Positions 1 to 10,797 of a stretch of 60,163 bases of DNA are shown here, piece by piece. Below the pieces are notes generated by a model. The model ran no database searches. It was not told where the DNA came from and saw only the letters and a list, made by a program, of their open reading frames with translations. This DNA comes from Octopus bimaculoides. Taxonomy: Eukaryota. Made by a program: the position numbers and the translations under genes. Where the stretch lies: contig NC_068981.1 in NCBI RefSeq assembly GCF_001194135.2, forward strand, positions 181,112,352 through 181,172,514, written 5' to 3'. Every line of letters begins with the position of its first letter. Positions within the stretch are counted from its first letter, which is position 1.

Positions 1-85
1 TGCCATCCGGTTTCACCAGTCCTCAGTCAAATCGTCCAACCCATGCTAGCATGGAAGGCGGACGTTAAACGATGATGATGATGAT

Positions 86-87
<2 letters not shown>
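1..87 (+). mobile_element. RTE LINE 3' end (truncated by window start) with (GAT)n tail
   Basis: gtcctcagtcaaatcgtccaacccatgctagcatggaaggcggacgttaaacgatgatg is nearly identical to the copies at 18003-18339 and 33689-34050. Confidence 0.85.

Positions 88-126
<39 letters not shown>
88..126. repeat. (TA)n microsatellite
   Basis: Direct reading. Confidence 0.98.
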
Positions 127-128
<2 letters not shown>

Positions 129-290
129 GAAAGGCTTCTTTCAGTTTCAGTCTATCAAATCCACTCACAAGGCTTTGGTTGGCCCAAGAGTATAGTAAAA
201 GACACTTGCACAAAATGCCACACAGTGGGACTGAACCCAGAACCATTTGGTTGGGAAGCAAACTTCTTACCACACAGCCACATCTGTGCC
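129..290 (-). mobile_element. SINE-B tRNA-derived head
   Basis: Reverse complement of the recurrent head ggctgtgtggtaagaagtttgcttcccaacca..ggttcagtcccactg..gcaagtgtctt..ccaaagccttgtgagtggattt; A-box and B-box-like motifs. Confidence 0.85.
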
Positions 291-446
291 TATGCATCAA
301 AATCTAATGTTTTAGTACAATGTCTGCACTCATCTCTGTTATGCATGTATGTATGGATGTATATGTGTAAAGAAGCATGTATGCATGTACAAGTGTGTAA
401 ATGGTTGCATGTATATGTCTGTGTGTCAGTTGGTGAGAAATATCAG

Positions 447-860
447 TCATGGAAAACAGGGACAGAAAGTCCATGGTACCAAGCTTCTACACTGACAAAA
501 ATGAATTTCTTTAATACAGAGATGATTGCAAATTATGCAGCTGAAGATGAAAAGAGACTTCACAGAAGCTTCTAGTGCAATATGATTAACAAAAGTAAAG
601 ATCTTATGCTTGGAAATACAAATATATTGGCAAAGCTCAAGAGAATCTTTAAATGATTCTTGATGAAAATCTGCAGAACTTTTGAAGATTTCCAGAAATT
701 TATCAAGGGTAATGCTGTGCAGTAAATTATAAAGGATATGAAAGCTGTCCAATAATAAAGAATATAGTAATGGAGTAGCAACCAGGGGAATAGAAAGAAA
801 ACAAGAATGATTCTTGAAACAGTTTGCTATCTCATTCATTAGTACATTGAGACTGTACAG
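447..860 (-). CDS. Candidate coding exon (137 codons, LYSLNVLMNEIANCFKNH...WTFCPCFP*) of an unidentified host gene
   Basis: Longest non-repeat open frame in the window. It opens exactly at a phase-0 acceptor (cttttctgcttagcttttag|CTG) whose TAG is the upstream in-frame stop. No homolog recognised. Confidence 0.55.
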   Translation of the reverse strand: MYSLNVLMNEIANCFKNHSCFLSIPLVATPLLYSLLLDSFHILYNLLHSITLDKFLEIFKSSADFHQESFKDSLELCQYICISKHKIFTFVNHIALEASVKSLFIFSCIICNHLCIKEIHFCQCRSLVPWTFCPCFP

Positions 861-1044
861 CTAAAAGCTAAGCAGAAAAGCAATTTCATATTTACTTTAC
901 AAAAAGTTTTCTCTTTGTATTCCCAATCTTAATCTGTGAATGAGTTTGTGTTAATGATCAATAAAACAGGGATTTAAACTTAATAGTTGATTTATCAATT
1001 TGTTTTAGAAGCTGTGTATCTATGACTAAGACACATATTTTGTA

Positions 1045-1204
1045 GGGGTATGGCTGTGTGGTTGAGAAGATTGCTTTCCAACCAAGTGATCTCAGATTCA
1101 GTCCCACTGCATGACACAATGAGCAAATGTCTTCTACTGTAACCCAAGGCCAACAAAAGCCTTGTGAGTGGATTTGACAGATAGAAACTGAAAGAAGCCC
1201 ATCT

Positions 1205-1240
<36 letters not shown>

Positions 1241-1548
1241 CGCACGCGCGCAATATATGAGTGTATGTATGTGAGTGATTGCGCATAGTATGCAGGTGTA
1301 TGCATGTGTTTCCACTTGTCTTGATATGTTATGGTTGGAAACAAACATCACCTTCATAAAAGCAATGCTGTTTATTTCCAGTCTTCCATGGAAAGCATGT
1401 CTGGCTATAAGGAAATGTTACCTTACTTGAAAACAGGTATGGGTTGGTGACAGGAAGGGCATCCAGCTGTAAATATTTGCCACAAAAAATTCTGTGTAAC
1501 CCACGCAAGTCCAAAAAAATGAACTTTAAAACAATGCTGATGATAGTC
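1045..1548 (+). mobile_element. SINE-B head + (TG)n + RTE-like tail (tail type T2)
   Basis: Head 1045-1200, microsatellite, then ...ggcatccagctgtaaa...acccacgcaag...gatgat tail, which is also seen at 45930-46160 and 49870-50070. Confidence 0.75.
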
Positions 1549-1998
1549 CACCAACTATAATACCAGGTGGACTGTTGATTATAGTTAAATACCTGAGGAC
1601 TAGTTGATTATAGTTAAATACCAGGGTCACTATAATCAACTAGTCCCCTCCCCTTGAACTTGCTGACCTTGTGCCAAAATTTGAAATTATTATTATTGAG
1701 TGAGAAAGCAGTGCATGCCATCAAAGTGACACTGGGGTAAAATATACGAAGCCCATTATACCCATCATGACTATTCGTCTGATAAGGGTACTCCAGACAC
1801 ATGCATCACAACCATATGTGCACGACATGGTGATCTCATATCAAGATAAACAGCACAAGTGGGACCCAGTTAGAATTTTCATCAGGTCAAGTAACCCATC
1901 CCGCACAAAAGATCCCTGAATAAGGATTGTTTAACCATATTGAACTAAACACCCATGTTTCCAAAGGTGAATTATCCAATATTATTATACACTGATAC

Positions 1999-2076
1999 AT
2001 TTGGAATCATGTCCTTGTCTTTTTGGTTACAGTACACTTCAGTCTTCTTTGGGTACCAGTTATTTTCACTAATATT
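1999..2076 (-). CDS. Candidate exon NISENNWYPKKTEVYCNQKDKDMIPN (phase 0-0)
   Basis: Acceptor gctttctcttgtgacag, weak donor gtatca; frame joins 2159-2216 and 447-860. Confidence 0.35.
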
Positions 2077-2158
2077 CTGTCACAAGAGAAAGCCAATACT
2101 TGAAATGCTAAAACAATAATTAACACAAGTCTCCAATCCAATGCAAACCACAACATAC

Positions 2159-2216
2159 TGTGAAGTAATATGATCTTCTTAATGACAATCTAAAATATTC
2201 TTCAAGTGGTTGAGAT
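2159..2216 (-). CDS. Candidate exon SQPLEEYFRLSLRRSYYFT (phase 2-0)
   Basis: Acceptor aattttctttag, donor CACA|gtatgt; only one of three frames is open. Confidence 0.5.
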
Positions 2217-2686
2217 CTAAAGAAAATTTCAATGTAAAAAAAATAGCAGCCACACTTAATATTACGTCAGTCAATGTCAAAGTCCACATTTTTTTAACAA
2301 AATAAAAATTTTTTTTAAATTAAAAAAAGCTATTCTTCACACAAAAAACTTGTGTTTCTTGAACTAAATGTCTGAAATGAGTTATTAAGATTATAATTTT
2401 TGCACCAATGGCTTCCAACATTTTCTATGCTGCCCCTCAGGAAATATTTGATTAATTTTCACACCTTCTACAAAAGTAATATCATAGTTGAAGATGATAA
2501 CATCAGTTTTCTAATAACTAATTTATTTTTTTTAAATAAATTGAACCACATAGAGTGCAGTTGGTAAACCAATTGAACTAAAAAACATTTTCTTTTCACT
2601 CAATGCATAAAATGCAAATCAAAATTGAGCAATTCGATGAAACTGCTAACAGTGAAATCAATCACAATTGTGAACATAAAACTCAC

Positions 2687-2740
2687 AGACCTTTCTTGCT
2701 GACTGAAATCTGCTCATTTACCTGTCGATTCCGATAATTC
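2687..2740 (-). CDS. Candidate exon NYRNRQVNEQISVSKKG (alternative shorter form 2722-2740, IIGID)
   Basis: Acceptor aaaatgtag; donors TCT|gtgagt or CAG|gtaaat, both leaving phase 2 as 2159-2216 requires. Confidence 0.35.
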
Positions 2741-3483
2741 CTACATTTTGTGTTTAAAGACAAAAAGGAGCTGAATATAGATTCAATCAAGTGTATCATT
2801 GCAAATGGAATGGGGATGCAGTCCTATATCATATTCTCTTAAAAGTTAAATCCATGTGCAATAATAATGAAGCTCTTGGTGTTCCTAACAGGATAAAGTT
2901 ATTTATAAGAGTTAATAATTTTCTTCTGTAAAACTATTTTAATAAAGTACATCTCTCCTGAAATGTCATTTTGCACTCCCTGGAGGTTTTAGCATACCAA
3001 GTTGGAAACCCATTCTAGTCTATGTAGAGTGAACATTTACAAAAGTATATACACTTATGTGTTGATTAATTTATGCTCCGATTATAATCAGATGACTCCT
3101 AGACAGAATTTGAGCTAAATATTTTATTTCTAAATTAAGAGTAGCAATGTGTTTATCTGGCAGCTAACTCATATAGAAATCCTGCAACAACCTAATCTAT
3201 TTGCAATAAAAAAAATTCCATGTGACAACTGCTTTTGGCTTCCTTAAATATCTTGTAAAATTTAGTCTGTTGAGTCCAAATCAGATCCAACAGATTGCTT
3301 TGAACTTAGGATTTTAAATGTTATCTTATGTACTTGGAAACAATATAGCTAGATGGTTGAACACTAAGTAACTGACCAAAATGTTCTCAGATCAAACTAA
3401 GCCACTACCATATCAATGGCTTTCAGCAAATCATATCCCCAGTTTTCTCAAGTCAACTGGCTAACAATGCCAGTCCAGCTTAC

Positions 3484-3519
3484 TGGTGAAATTGTTGAAT
3501 GTTAGAAAAGCATCTAGAG
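3484..3519 (-). CDS. Candidate 36-nt symmetric exon
   Basis: Acceptor aatgttttgtag, donor CCA|gtaagc; open in phase 1 and phase 2. Confidence 0.35.
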
Positions 3520-3589
3520 CTACAAAACATTCAAATACTGGAATTTCCTTAAATGATTAATAAAAAAAAAAATGGCATTATTTATAGGT

Positions 3590-3875
3590 GCAGGTGTAGC
3601 TGTGTGGTAAGTAGCTTGCTTACCAACCACATGGTTCCAGGTTCAGTCCCACTGCGTGGCACCTTGGGCAAGTGTCTTCTGCTATAGCCTTGAGTCGATC
3701 AAAGTCTTGTGAGTGGATTTTGTAGATGGAAACTGAAAGAAGCCTGGCGTGTGTGTGTGTGTGTGTTCTTGTGTATGTTTGTGTGTCTGTCCTCCACCAT
3801 CGCTTGACAACCGATGCTTGTGTGTTTAAGTCCCCGTAACTTAGCAGTTCAGCAAAGAGACCAATAGAAATAAAA
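3590..3875 (+). mobile_element. SINE-B head + (TG)n + partial T1 tail
   Basis: Family match; interrupted at about 3878 by RTE 3' sequence. Confidence 0.85.
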
Positions 3876-3878
3876 AAA

Positions 3879-4303
3879 TTATGCCATGCTTGTGAAGAAG
3901 ACCCATCAAACCAAATAAAATCAGTCGTGGAAAAGACCAGTGTCACGCAAATGGCACCCATGCAGGTGGCACATAAAAGCACCAGTAGCTTTTGATTGCT
4001 GGGTCTCACGGAGGAAAAGTGGCTGATGCCTCATGGAGGCAATGACCAAGACTTTTGGCATTATGTCATGCTTGAGAAGACCCATCAAGTAAAATCGCAG
4101 TCGTGGCAGATACCAGGGTCACGCTGGTGACACATAAAAGCACCCATCACACTCTTGGAGTGGTTGGCATTAGAAAGGGCATCCAACTGTAAGAAACCAT
4201 GCCAAATCAGACTGGAGTCTGGCGCAGCTTTTCAGCTTACCAGCCCTGGTCAAACTGTCCAACCCATGCCAGCATGGACAACAGACACTAAATGATGATG
4301 ATG
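3879..4303 (+). mobile_element. RTE LINE 3' fragments (rearranged, diverged) ending in (GAT)n
   Basis: Contains gggtctcacggagg..ggaggcaatgaccaagac..gagaagaccc, matching the ORF end at 14070-14190, plus the shared 3' UTR. Confidence 0.75.
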
Positions 4304-4939
4304 GATATGAAAATACTTAGTTTCTCAACTGTTTGTTAATTTTTTTTAATTTTCTAAACAAAGGCATGAAGATTCTGTAATTTTTCATAAAATGAACAAG
4401 AAAATCAAATTCAAATTTAAATTACAAACGAAGATTTCTTTATCTAAAGTCAAAACCAATATTTGAAAAGATAACTTATGAAGTATATATTCTAAAAAAT
4501 AAAAACCTCCAAAACATTTTTTTAAAAAACTAATGAAAATGAAAATTTGCTCATTATTTCTCTTATGTATGAGAAGAAGGTTTAGAGGAGGGAGAGAATA
4601 AGCAGTGAATAAATATTTAAAAAGCAATACTAAAATAAAAGTAGTAGCTAAATGTGAAGGAAAAAAAGAAAAACAAATGAAAGAAAATGTAAAGTTCAGC
4701 CTAAGGGATTTCAGGTAGAAGGTTTGTAGAAAATAGACTCGAGTATTACAAACATGTTTAGCTTGATCAAATATTAATGTTTCGCTATAGTAGAGCCTGA
4801 CTGAAAAGAAGCTAAGCTGAATATATTAAAAGACTGAACATATGAGAAGACAGTTGAGGATCAGATTAGAGAAAACATCTGGAAGGAGAAAATCAAAAGC
4901 TAACAACAAATAGATGTGGTTGTATTTGTATGAAGGACA

Positions 4940-4940
<1 letters not shown>

Positions 4941-4986
<46 letters not shown>
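4941..4986. repeat. (TG)n microsatellite
   Basis: Direct reading. Confidence 0.98.
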
Positions 4987-4989
<3 letters not shown>

Positions 4990-5144
4990 ACGTGAATATA
5001 AATGGGACAATGATCGTGTGCATAGCATTTTAAAAGAAGCACATGTGGTTGGATATGAGATACAGTATGTATATAAGTGGGGCAATGACTGTGTACATAG
5101 TAATATATTAAACAGAGCAAGTACATGGTTGGATATGAGATAGT

Positions 5145-5147
<3 letters not shown>

Positions 5148-5228
<81 letters not shown>
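5148..5228. repeat. (TG)n microsatellite, about 40 units
   Basis: Direct reading. Confidence 0.98.
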
Positions 5229-5231
<3 letters not shown>

Positions 5232-5805
5232 ATTGCAGGTGTATATGAGAAAGTATAATAGATGTAGTAGTTGTTTAGCTCCAAGTCAGCTTGAACTGAG
5301 CAAACTTATAATCAAAAGCATTCCAACCATAACTATCTTGGCTTTTTATTTTTTGTTTTTTTTTTGTTTTTTTTTTCAGCAGACAAATCGTATCTAAGAC
5401 TACATTAACCAATGTCCCTCATTTTCATTTATCTATTTACTTATTTATTTTGGAAATAGTCATGTGTGATTTGAGAGAAATTTGACCACTACTTCCGGTA
5501 GCCATGTAAAAGTTTCATCTCTGGCATAAATAATGATTGCAGAGGTGGGTGAGGGACGACATAAGTAGAGACAAGAAAGAGATGGAGTGGGGGTGTATCT
5601 AAGAGACAGAGAAGAGATGGTGCGTACAAGTAGACAAGAGATAAGATCTGTACATTAGATGGTGCATTCTCCAAGATTAAAAACCAAAATTTTGACATCT
5701 GTGAAGCTGACCACATTTTACTACACCACAATGGAAAGCTTTCTAAATAGGTTTGGAGGTTCCTAAAACTGCTTATAATAAAGCCCTCGCTTTAAAAAAA
5801 TCCTT

Positions 5806-6012
5806 GCTACTATAAGCACAAGGCCTGAAATTTTGGGGAAAGGAGGCTAGTTGATTACATCAGCCCCAGTGTTTCAACTGGTACTTATTGACTTCAAAAA
5901 GACGAAAGGCAAAGTCATCTATGGCAGAATTTGAACTCAGAATGTAAAACTGGAAGAAATGGCTCAAAGCATTCTGTCCAGTGTTCCAACAATTCTGCCA
6001 GCTCATTGCCCT
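5806..6012 (-). mobile_element. SINE-C, diverged
   Basis: Matches 26780-27015 and 40024-40239 (gaaaggcaaagtc..ggcagaatttgaactcagaatgtaa). Confidence 0.75.
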
Positions 6013-6144
6013 ATCCCTGGCTATAATAATGGCATAAGCTTCAACAAGCAGGAAAAAGTTTTGAGATAAGATGTGTCAGGGCATATCTTTATGCTACAGT
6101 AAAGTGAATATAAGTAGTACACAGGATTGAGTGGGTAGGGTATA

Positions 6145-6480
6145 TCTTTTATTGTTTACTTTTTCTGTCATTGGACTGTGGCCAAGCTGGCACACAATTT
6201 TGAAGGGTTTTAACTGAACGAATCCACCCCAATCCCATATTTGGTGGGAATATTTTGCTATTCAACACTGGTTGTCAAAGAGTGGATGGCAAATGCAGAC
6301 ACTAAGACATAACGGACAATCACATATATATATATACACACATTCACACACACAACAGGTTTCTACACAAGTTTACATCTATCAAATTCACTCACAAGGC
6401 ATTGGTTGGCCCAAGGACTGAACCTGAAACCGTGTGGTTGCAAAGCAAGCTTCTTAACCACACAACCATGCCTGTGCTGA
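6145..6480 (-). mobile_element. SINE-B (head + microsatellite + T1 tail), diverged
   Basis: Family match. Confidence 0.7.
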
Positions 6481-7109
6481 TATATTAAAACAAATTTACA
6501 ATTTCTAAACTGGATCAGTTTGACAAAAAATAATCTACCGATGAATAATCTCAAACATTTAAATATCTACATTCTATGAACTGTGTTTGTTGGGGAAAAG
6601 AGGCTCTGGAAAAAATTTCAAAAATAATTTTAAGAAAGAAGGAACAAAGTGACTGCTACAGCAGTTCTGGATGGTGAGAAGAGAGAATAAGTTCATACAT
6701 GTATGGTTTGTGGGAAGATGGTACAGAGTAAGAAATCATCTATACTATAATTGTAATAATGAAACACAGTGTGATGGTAGTGGTGGGTTAGAGATAGTAC
6801 ATCAATGAAGACTTGTAGAAACAATTTAGTAAGCTTATACATTCAGTTGCAATTATATCCATCAACATGAATAAAAAGCAATAACTTAAAGCATTAATGA
6901 AACTATTCTCTTGGTAAACCTGTACACGTACCAGCCACCTAGCCAGTCAGCCAACCAGTACGGGATTTACAGATTTCTGATAAATGAAAATAGTGTAATT
7001 AGAGAGAGAGCATCTTAGTGTTTTACATAGACATTTACAGAGTAATTACACAAACATTTGAAGAGCTGACATTAAACATTTTCTTCTGTTTGACAACAAT
7101 GTGTGTGAG

Positions 7110-7151
<42 letters not shown>

Positions 7152-7371
7152 CTTGCGTGTAAAATTATCTGTCACAAGTTTGTTGAATCTTATTTTGAGC
7201 TGCCTTTGAAGAAATATTGATTTCTAATAGTGTTAAGGCAACTTAAAACAGAATCAATGTTTATTCAGGTATTCTGCAAGATAGTGAAGTATGCAAATAA
7301 TTCATGTTTGTTTAACATTTACCAACAAAAAACAACAAGAACTAAGATGAACCGACAAAGGAGTCTTTACA

Positions 7372-7540
7372 AGGGTGCTTGACCTGCTTGAAATAGCAGT
7401 CAAATCTTGTTCAAATCACATCCTGTACTCTTGAAAAGAGCACAGTAAACAGTGTAGGCCTAGATATATGGAAATCCAGGATGGTCATGTCAACAATGCT
7501 TTCAATCAGAGCTGAATTGAAAACAGACAACAATAGAAAG
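7372..7540 (+). mobile_element. G-tail repeat family (probable SINE 3' half ending in (CAA)n)
   Basis: gacctgcttgaaatagcagtcaaatc..caaatcaca..ggatggtca. Related copies at about 5275-5410(-), 9690-9850(-), 10575-10740(+), 17185-17290(+), 21040-21200(-), 43530-43690(+), 45575-45700(+). Confidence 0.6.
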
Positions 7541-7688
7541 AGGTAAGGATTAACCAAAGATTAGCTTCTCTAGATCCTTATGTAACAGGATCAAAAAAAA
7601 ATTGACAACAGCCTATTACAGAGTTGAATTTGACAAAACAACAAGAAGTGGATAAAGAGAAGAGCAGGATTCACTAAACCAGGATTAC

Positions 7689-7778
7689 CAATAGTGTTCT
7701 GCAATATCGGTGGCCAGGGCTGTGCCAGCTCTTATGGCTACAATCCCCCAAAGGAGCAAAACATTATTGATGAAGTTT
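7689..7778 (-). CDS. Candidate exon NFINNVLLLWGIVAIRAGTALATDIAEHY (phase 2-2)
   Basis: Locally GC-richer unique sequence, donor TTG|gtaatc, weak AAG acceptor; phase fits 3484-3519. Confidence 0.3.
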
Positions 7779-9051
7779 CTTCATTAGATTTGGTGAAGAG
7801 TGGAGAGCCTCTCCCACTACCAAATCATTCTTGATTACAAAAGACATCCAAGAACTTGCATCAGTATATTATACTTTTATCTGTATGGTCAATGATCACA
7901 GAAACATATTGAATAGATTTTATTTGCAATAAAACTGTTCATTATTATTGACTTGATCTATTTGTGATTGGTTTCTCACAAGTTGATTTGGCAATTACAA
8001 TATTGCATAGCTTTGCTTCAGTCAATCTGATATGACATGAGACTGTGATTACATTCACAGTCAAACACTACCTCTCCAGTAGCTTTCATTTGTTTGTTTC
8101 AAGTAATTCAAACAAGCCTTTTCTCACAAAAGCCCTACTTGGTTTTGCAAGTAGTTGAGAACAGTATTGACACAACAATCTCCAATTACACTGCTGTACA
8201 GGATTTTATTCAGTATGTGTGAATAATTCCATTTTTACTCAGCCTTTCACATCCCATTAACACTAAGAGTACTTAGCTATGCTTGCTCTGTATATCTGAT
8301 GATCTACATGACCAGTTTTATTGTGTGTGTCTGTGTGTAGGTTAACCTTGTGTAACATTAATTATGTAATGACTACTAGTGAAACATAAAAGATGCCTTC
8401 TTGTTATGACTGCATACCTGCATATAATTTCCTTTTGTAATATCATAATTCAATTTTTATATTCTATTTGAAGAATCTCTCTCACACACACACAAATTAC
8501 TTTCTCTTATCTGCATTACCTACAGGATTTTAATATCAGATTACTAATGAAATTATTAGTTGAGTAAAATCATTTTTTTTTTCGAAAGAATGCTACTTCA
8601 AAATGAAAAGAGAACTAAAAACGTAAGAAATCCTCTCCCTCCAACCACCTCAGATAAGTACAAGAAGCCCCACTTCTTGTCAAAACAGCTAATACTATAG
8701 ACAATGATACTTAGAGCTAATACATTCAACAGAAAGATGGGGAGGAGACATAATATGATGTAAATATTCAACCTTTGTGGAGTCATAGACAAGAAAATAA
8801 GGTGTCAATCTCTTGACTGAAGAGTCAAGAGCTTCTATGCAATTACTGGTAATGTGTTGCATACCACCTGACAAATTAGCACATTTATTTATCCTTCTTA
8901 TTCAAAGCAGTGAACAACATAGTAGAATAATGGATAGCGTTTACATTCTGAGTTCAAAACTCGCCAAAGTTGACACTAATTTCATCTTTCTAAGGTCAAT
9001 AAGTACTGTTTAAATCCTAAATTCGATGTAATTCATCTAGCATTCGTTAAA

Positions 9052-9270
9052 AAAGAGCTGGAAGAATCGTTAGTGCACCAGGCGAAATGCTTAGCAGTAT
9101 TTTACCCATTGTTACGTTCTGAGTTCAAATTCCACCAAGGTCAACTTTGCTGTTCAGCCTTTCAGGATCAATAAAATAAGTACCAGTTGCATACTGGGGT
9201 CAAGCTGATCGACTGGCCCCCTTCCCTCAAAATTTCAGGCTTTGGGCCTATAGTAGAAAGGATTGTTGTT
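9052..9270 (+). mobile_element. SINE-C
   Basis: gagctggaagaatcgttag..gaaatgcttagc..ttctgagttcaaattcc..gcctttcaggatcaataaaataagtaccag. Confidence 0.85.
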
Positions 9271-9339
9271 TAGAAATAATACATTTCTAAATCTCTCAGA
9301 GAGATTTATGCAGTAGTGATACGATGAAGTAGTTGTATG

Positions 9340-9473
9340 CTGTCAACTTAATCTGACAGTCCCCTGAGGGGAATAATACTACTGTTGGTTAGACCTAGGA
9401 AACTGCACCGCTTCCTAGGTCTAACCAACAGTAGTATTATTCCCTTCAGGGGACTGTCACATTAAGTTGACAG
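9340..9473. repeat. Near-perfect palindrome: 62-bp arms, 2 mismatches, 10-nt loop (probable foldback MITE)
   Basis: ctgtcaacttaatctgacagtcccctgaggggaataatactactgttggttagacctaggaa / actgcaccgc / ttcctaggtc...gttgacag. Confidence 0.95.
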
Positions 9474-10797
9474 GATTGTTGTTGTTTATTTATTTATTTA
9501 GTTAGTAGACAGGGAGCCACACCCATGACCTTTGCAAACTGGTGAGTAAGGACGAAGTCATTTACATTAATTTGTAGATTTGATTAATGCTGGGAAAACC
9601 TAGGCAGGGAAAGTGTTATGGAGTACTGTGGTTCAGAGTAAAAAGAATACACGAAGTATTGGGGGGGGGGTGTAAGTGCGGAAGAGAAGCATTGAGGTTG
9701 TTGTTTTCCTTCAAGTTAGCCCACATCTAATATATCTATGATCATAGACATTCCAACCATGGCTATCCTGTCTTTTTTTTTTCTTTTTTTTTCAGGCATA
9801 TGTCTTTAAGACAACAGAAAGATTTGGCTGCTATTTCTAGCAGGTTTATTGAACATGTAGAAGTTCTCTGACTTGAGGAAACAGACGGCTAATTCAGAGA
9901 AACAGAGATTAGAAGAAAATAATATATGTCAGTGATTTTTATGTAACCCCCATCCTTTAACACACACACACCAGTAGTGTGTTTGTAGATATAGACTGCA
10001 TTGGTGTGGTGAGTCTTTGCCAATCTGGTTAGACAGCATTTCCAAGAGAGGGGACGCAGACTAAGATATTTGTATGAATGGCAACAGCACCATGTGACAA
10101 ATTAATCTAATTCAGGTAAACACTCAAGTTAACTAAAGTACTGTCTTGTCCTCCAATGTCCATTTAAGGATTACATAAAAAGCAAAAAGAGAACAACTTA
10201 GGAGGGGTGGAGTAATTCAGTAGGTTACAGTGCAGAAATTAAATACTTTCACACAATTATTGAGTATTTTTACATTTTACTTTAAATAGCCAGCTAAAAT
10301 TATGCAACAAAAGGTTGAGAAAAAGGTAACAGTTTGTATTTCATTACAGATATTACAAGCAAAATGCAAATTTAGAAGCTTTTCACTGAGTATTAAAATC
10401 ACGTAGCAAACCTAGTAAATGAGGAGCCTCTATATAAATTCCTAAAAAATATTTAATTACTAAAATACAGTGGGATTTTTTTATACATATCGAATGACAA
10501 TTGAAGTCCAGTAGAGTAAAACAGGAATTAAAGGGGTTCATAGATAAAAATGGTTGAGAACCACTGCTCTATATAATCATTTGACTTGTTAGAAATTCCC
10601 TCAAATCACACCCTACAGCCTTACAAAAGTAAGGATACACCAGACAATATAGTCTTAAATATACAAGACAGGATGGTTACAGACGGAATGCCTATGATTG
10701 TTGGTTTGTTCATTCATGGCCTGAGATTCAACAACCATGTAGGAAAGTATGATAGCAATGATTAAGCAAGTCATAACTTCTAAGAGTAATAATTATT

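Noticed and set aside
46-575. ORFs with IYIYIY/MMMM runs (also 958-1357, 4826-5397, 22211-22722, 49908-50271)
   Set aside because: They are translations of microsatellites and SINE heads; low-complexity DNA simply lacks stop codons.
1690-1980. GC-richer block that looks like another interspersed repeat
   Set aside because: Only one copy in the window and no ends, TSD or ORF, so I cannot classify it.
3590-3670. tRNA-like A and B boxes in SINE heads
   Set aside because: No full cloverleaf or CCA-side acceptor stem, and they run into SINE body; not tRNA genes.
7690-7745. Plus-strand NIGGQGCASSYG resembling the hAT motif RGQGYDGAS
   Set aside because: No supporting hAT motifs (HCxAH, TRW) nearby; the minus-strand exon reading is at least as good.
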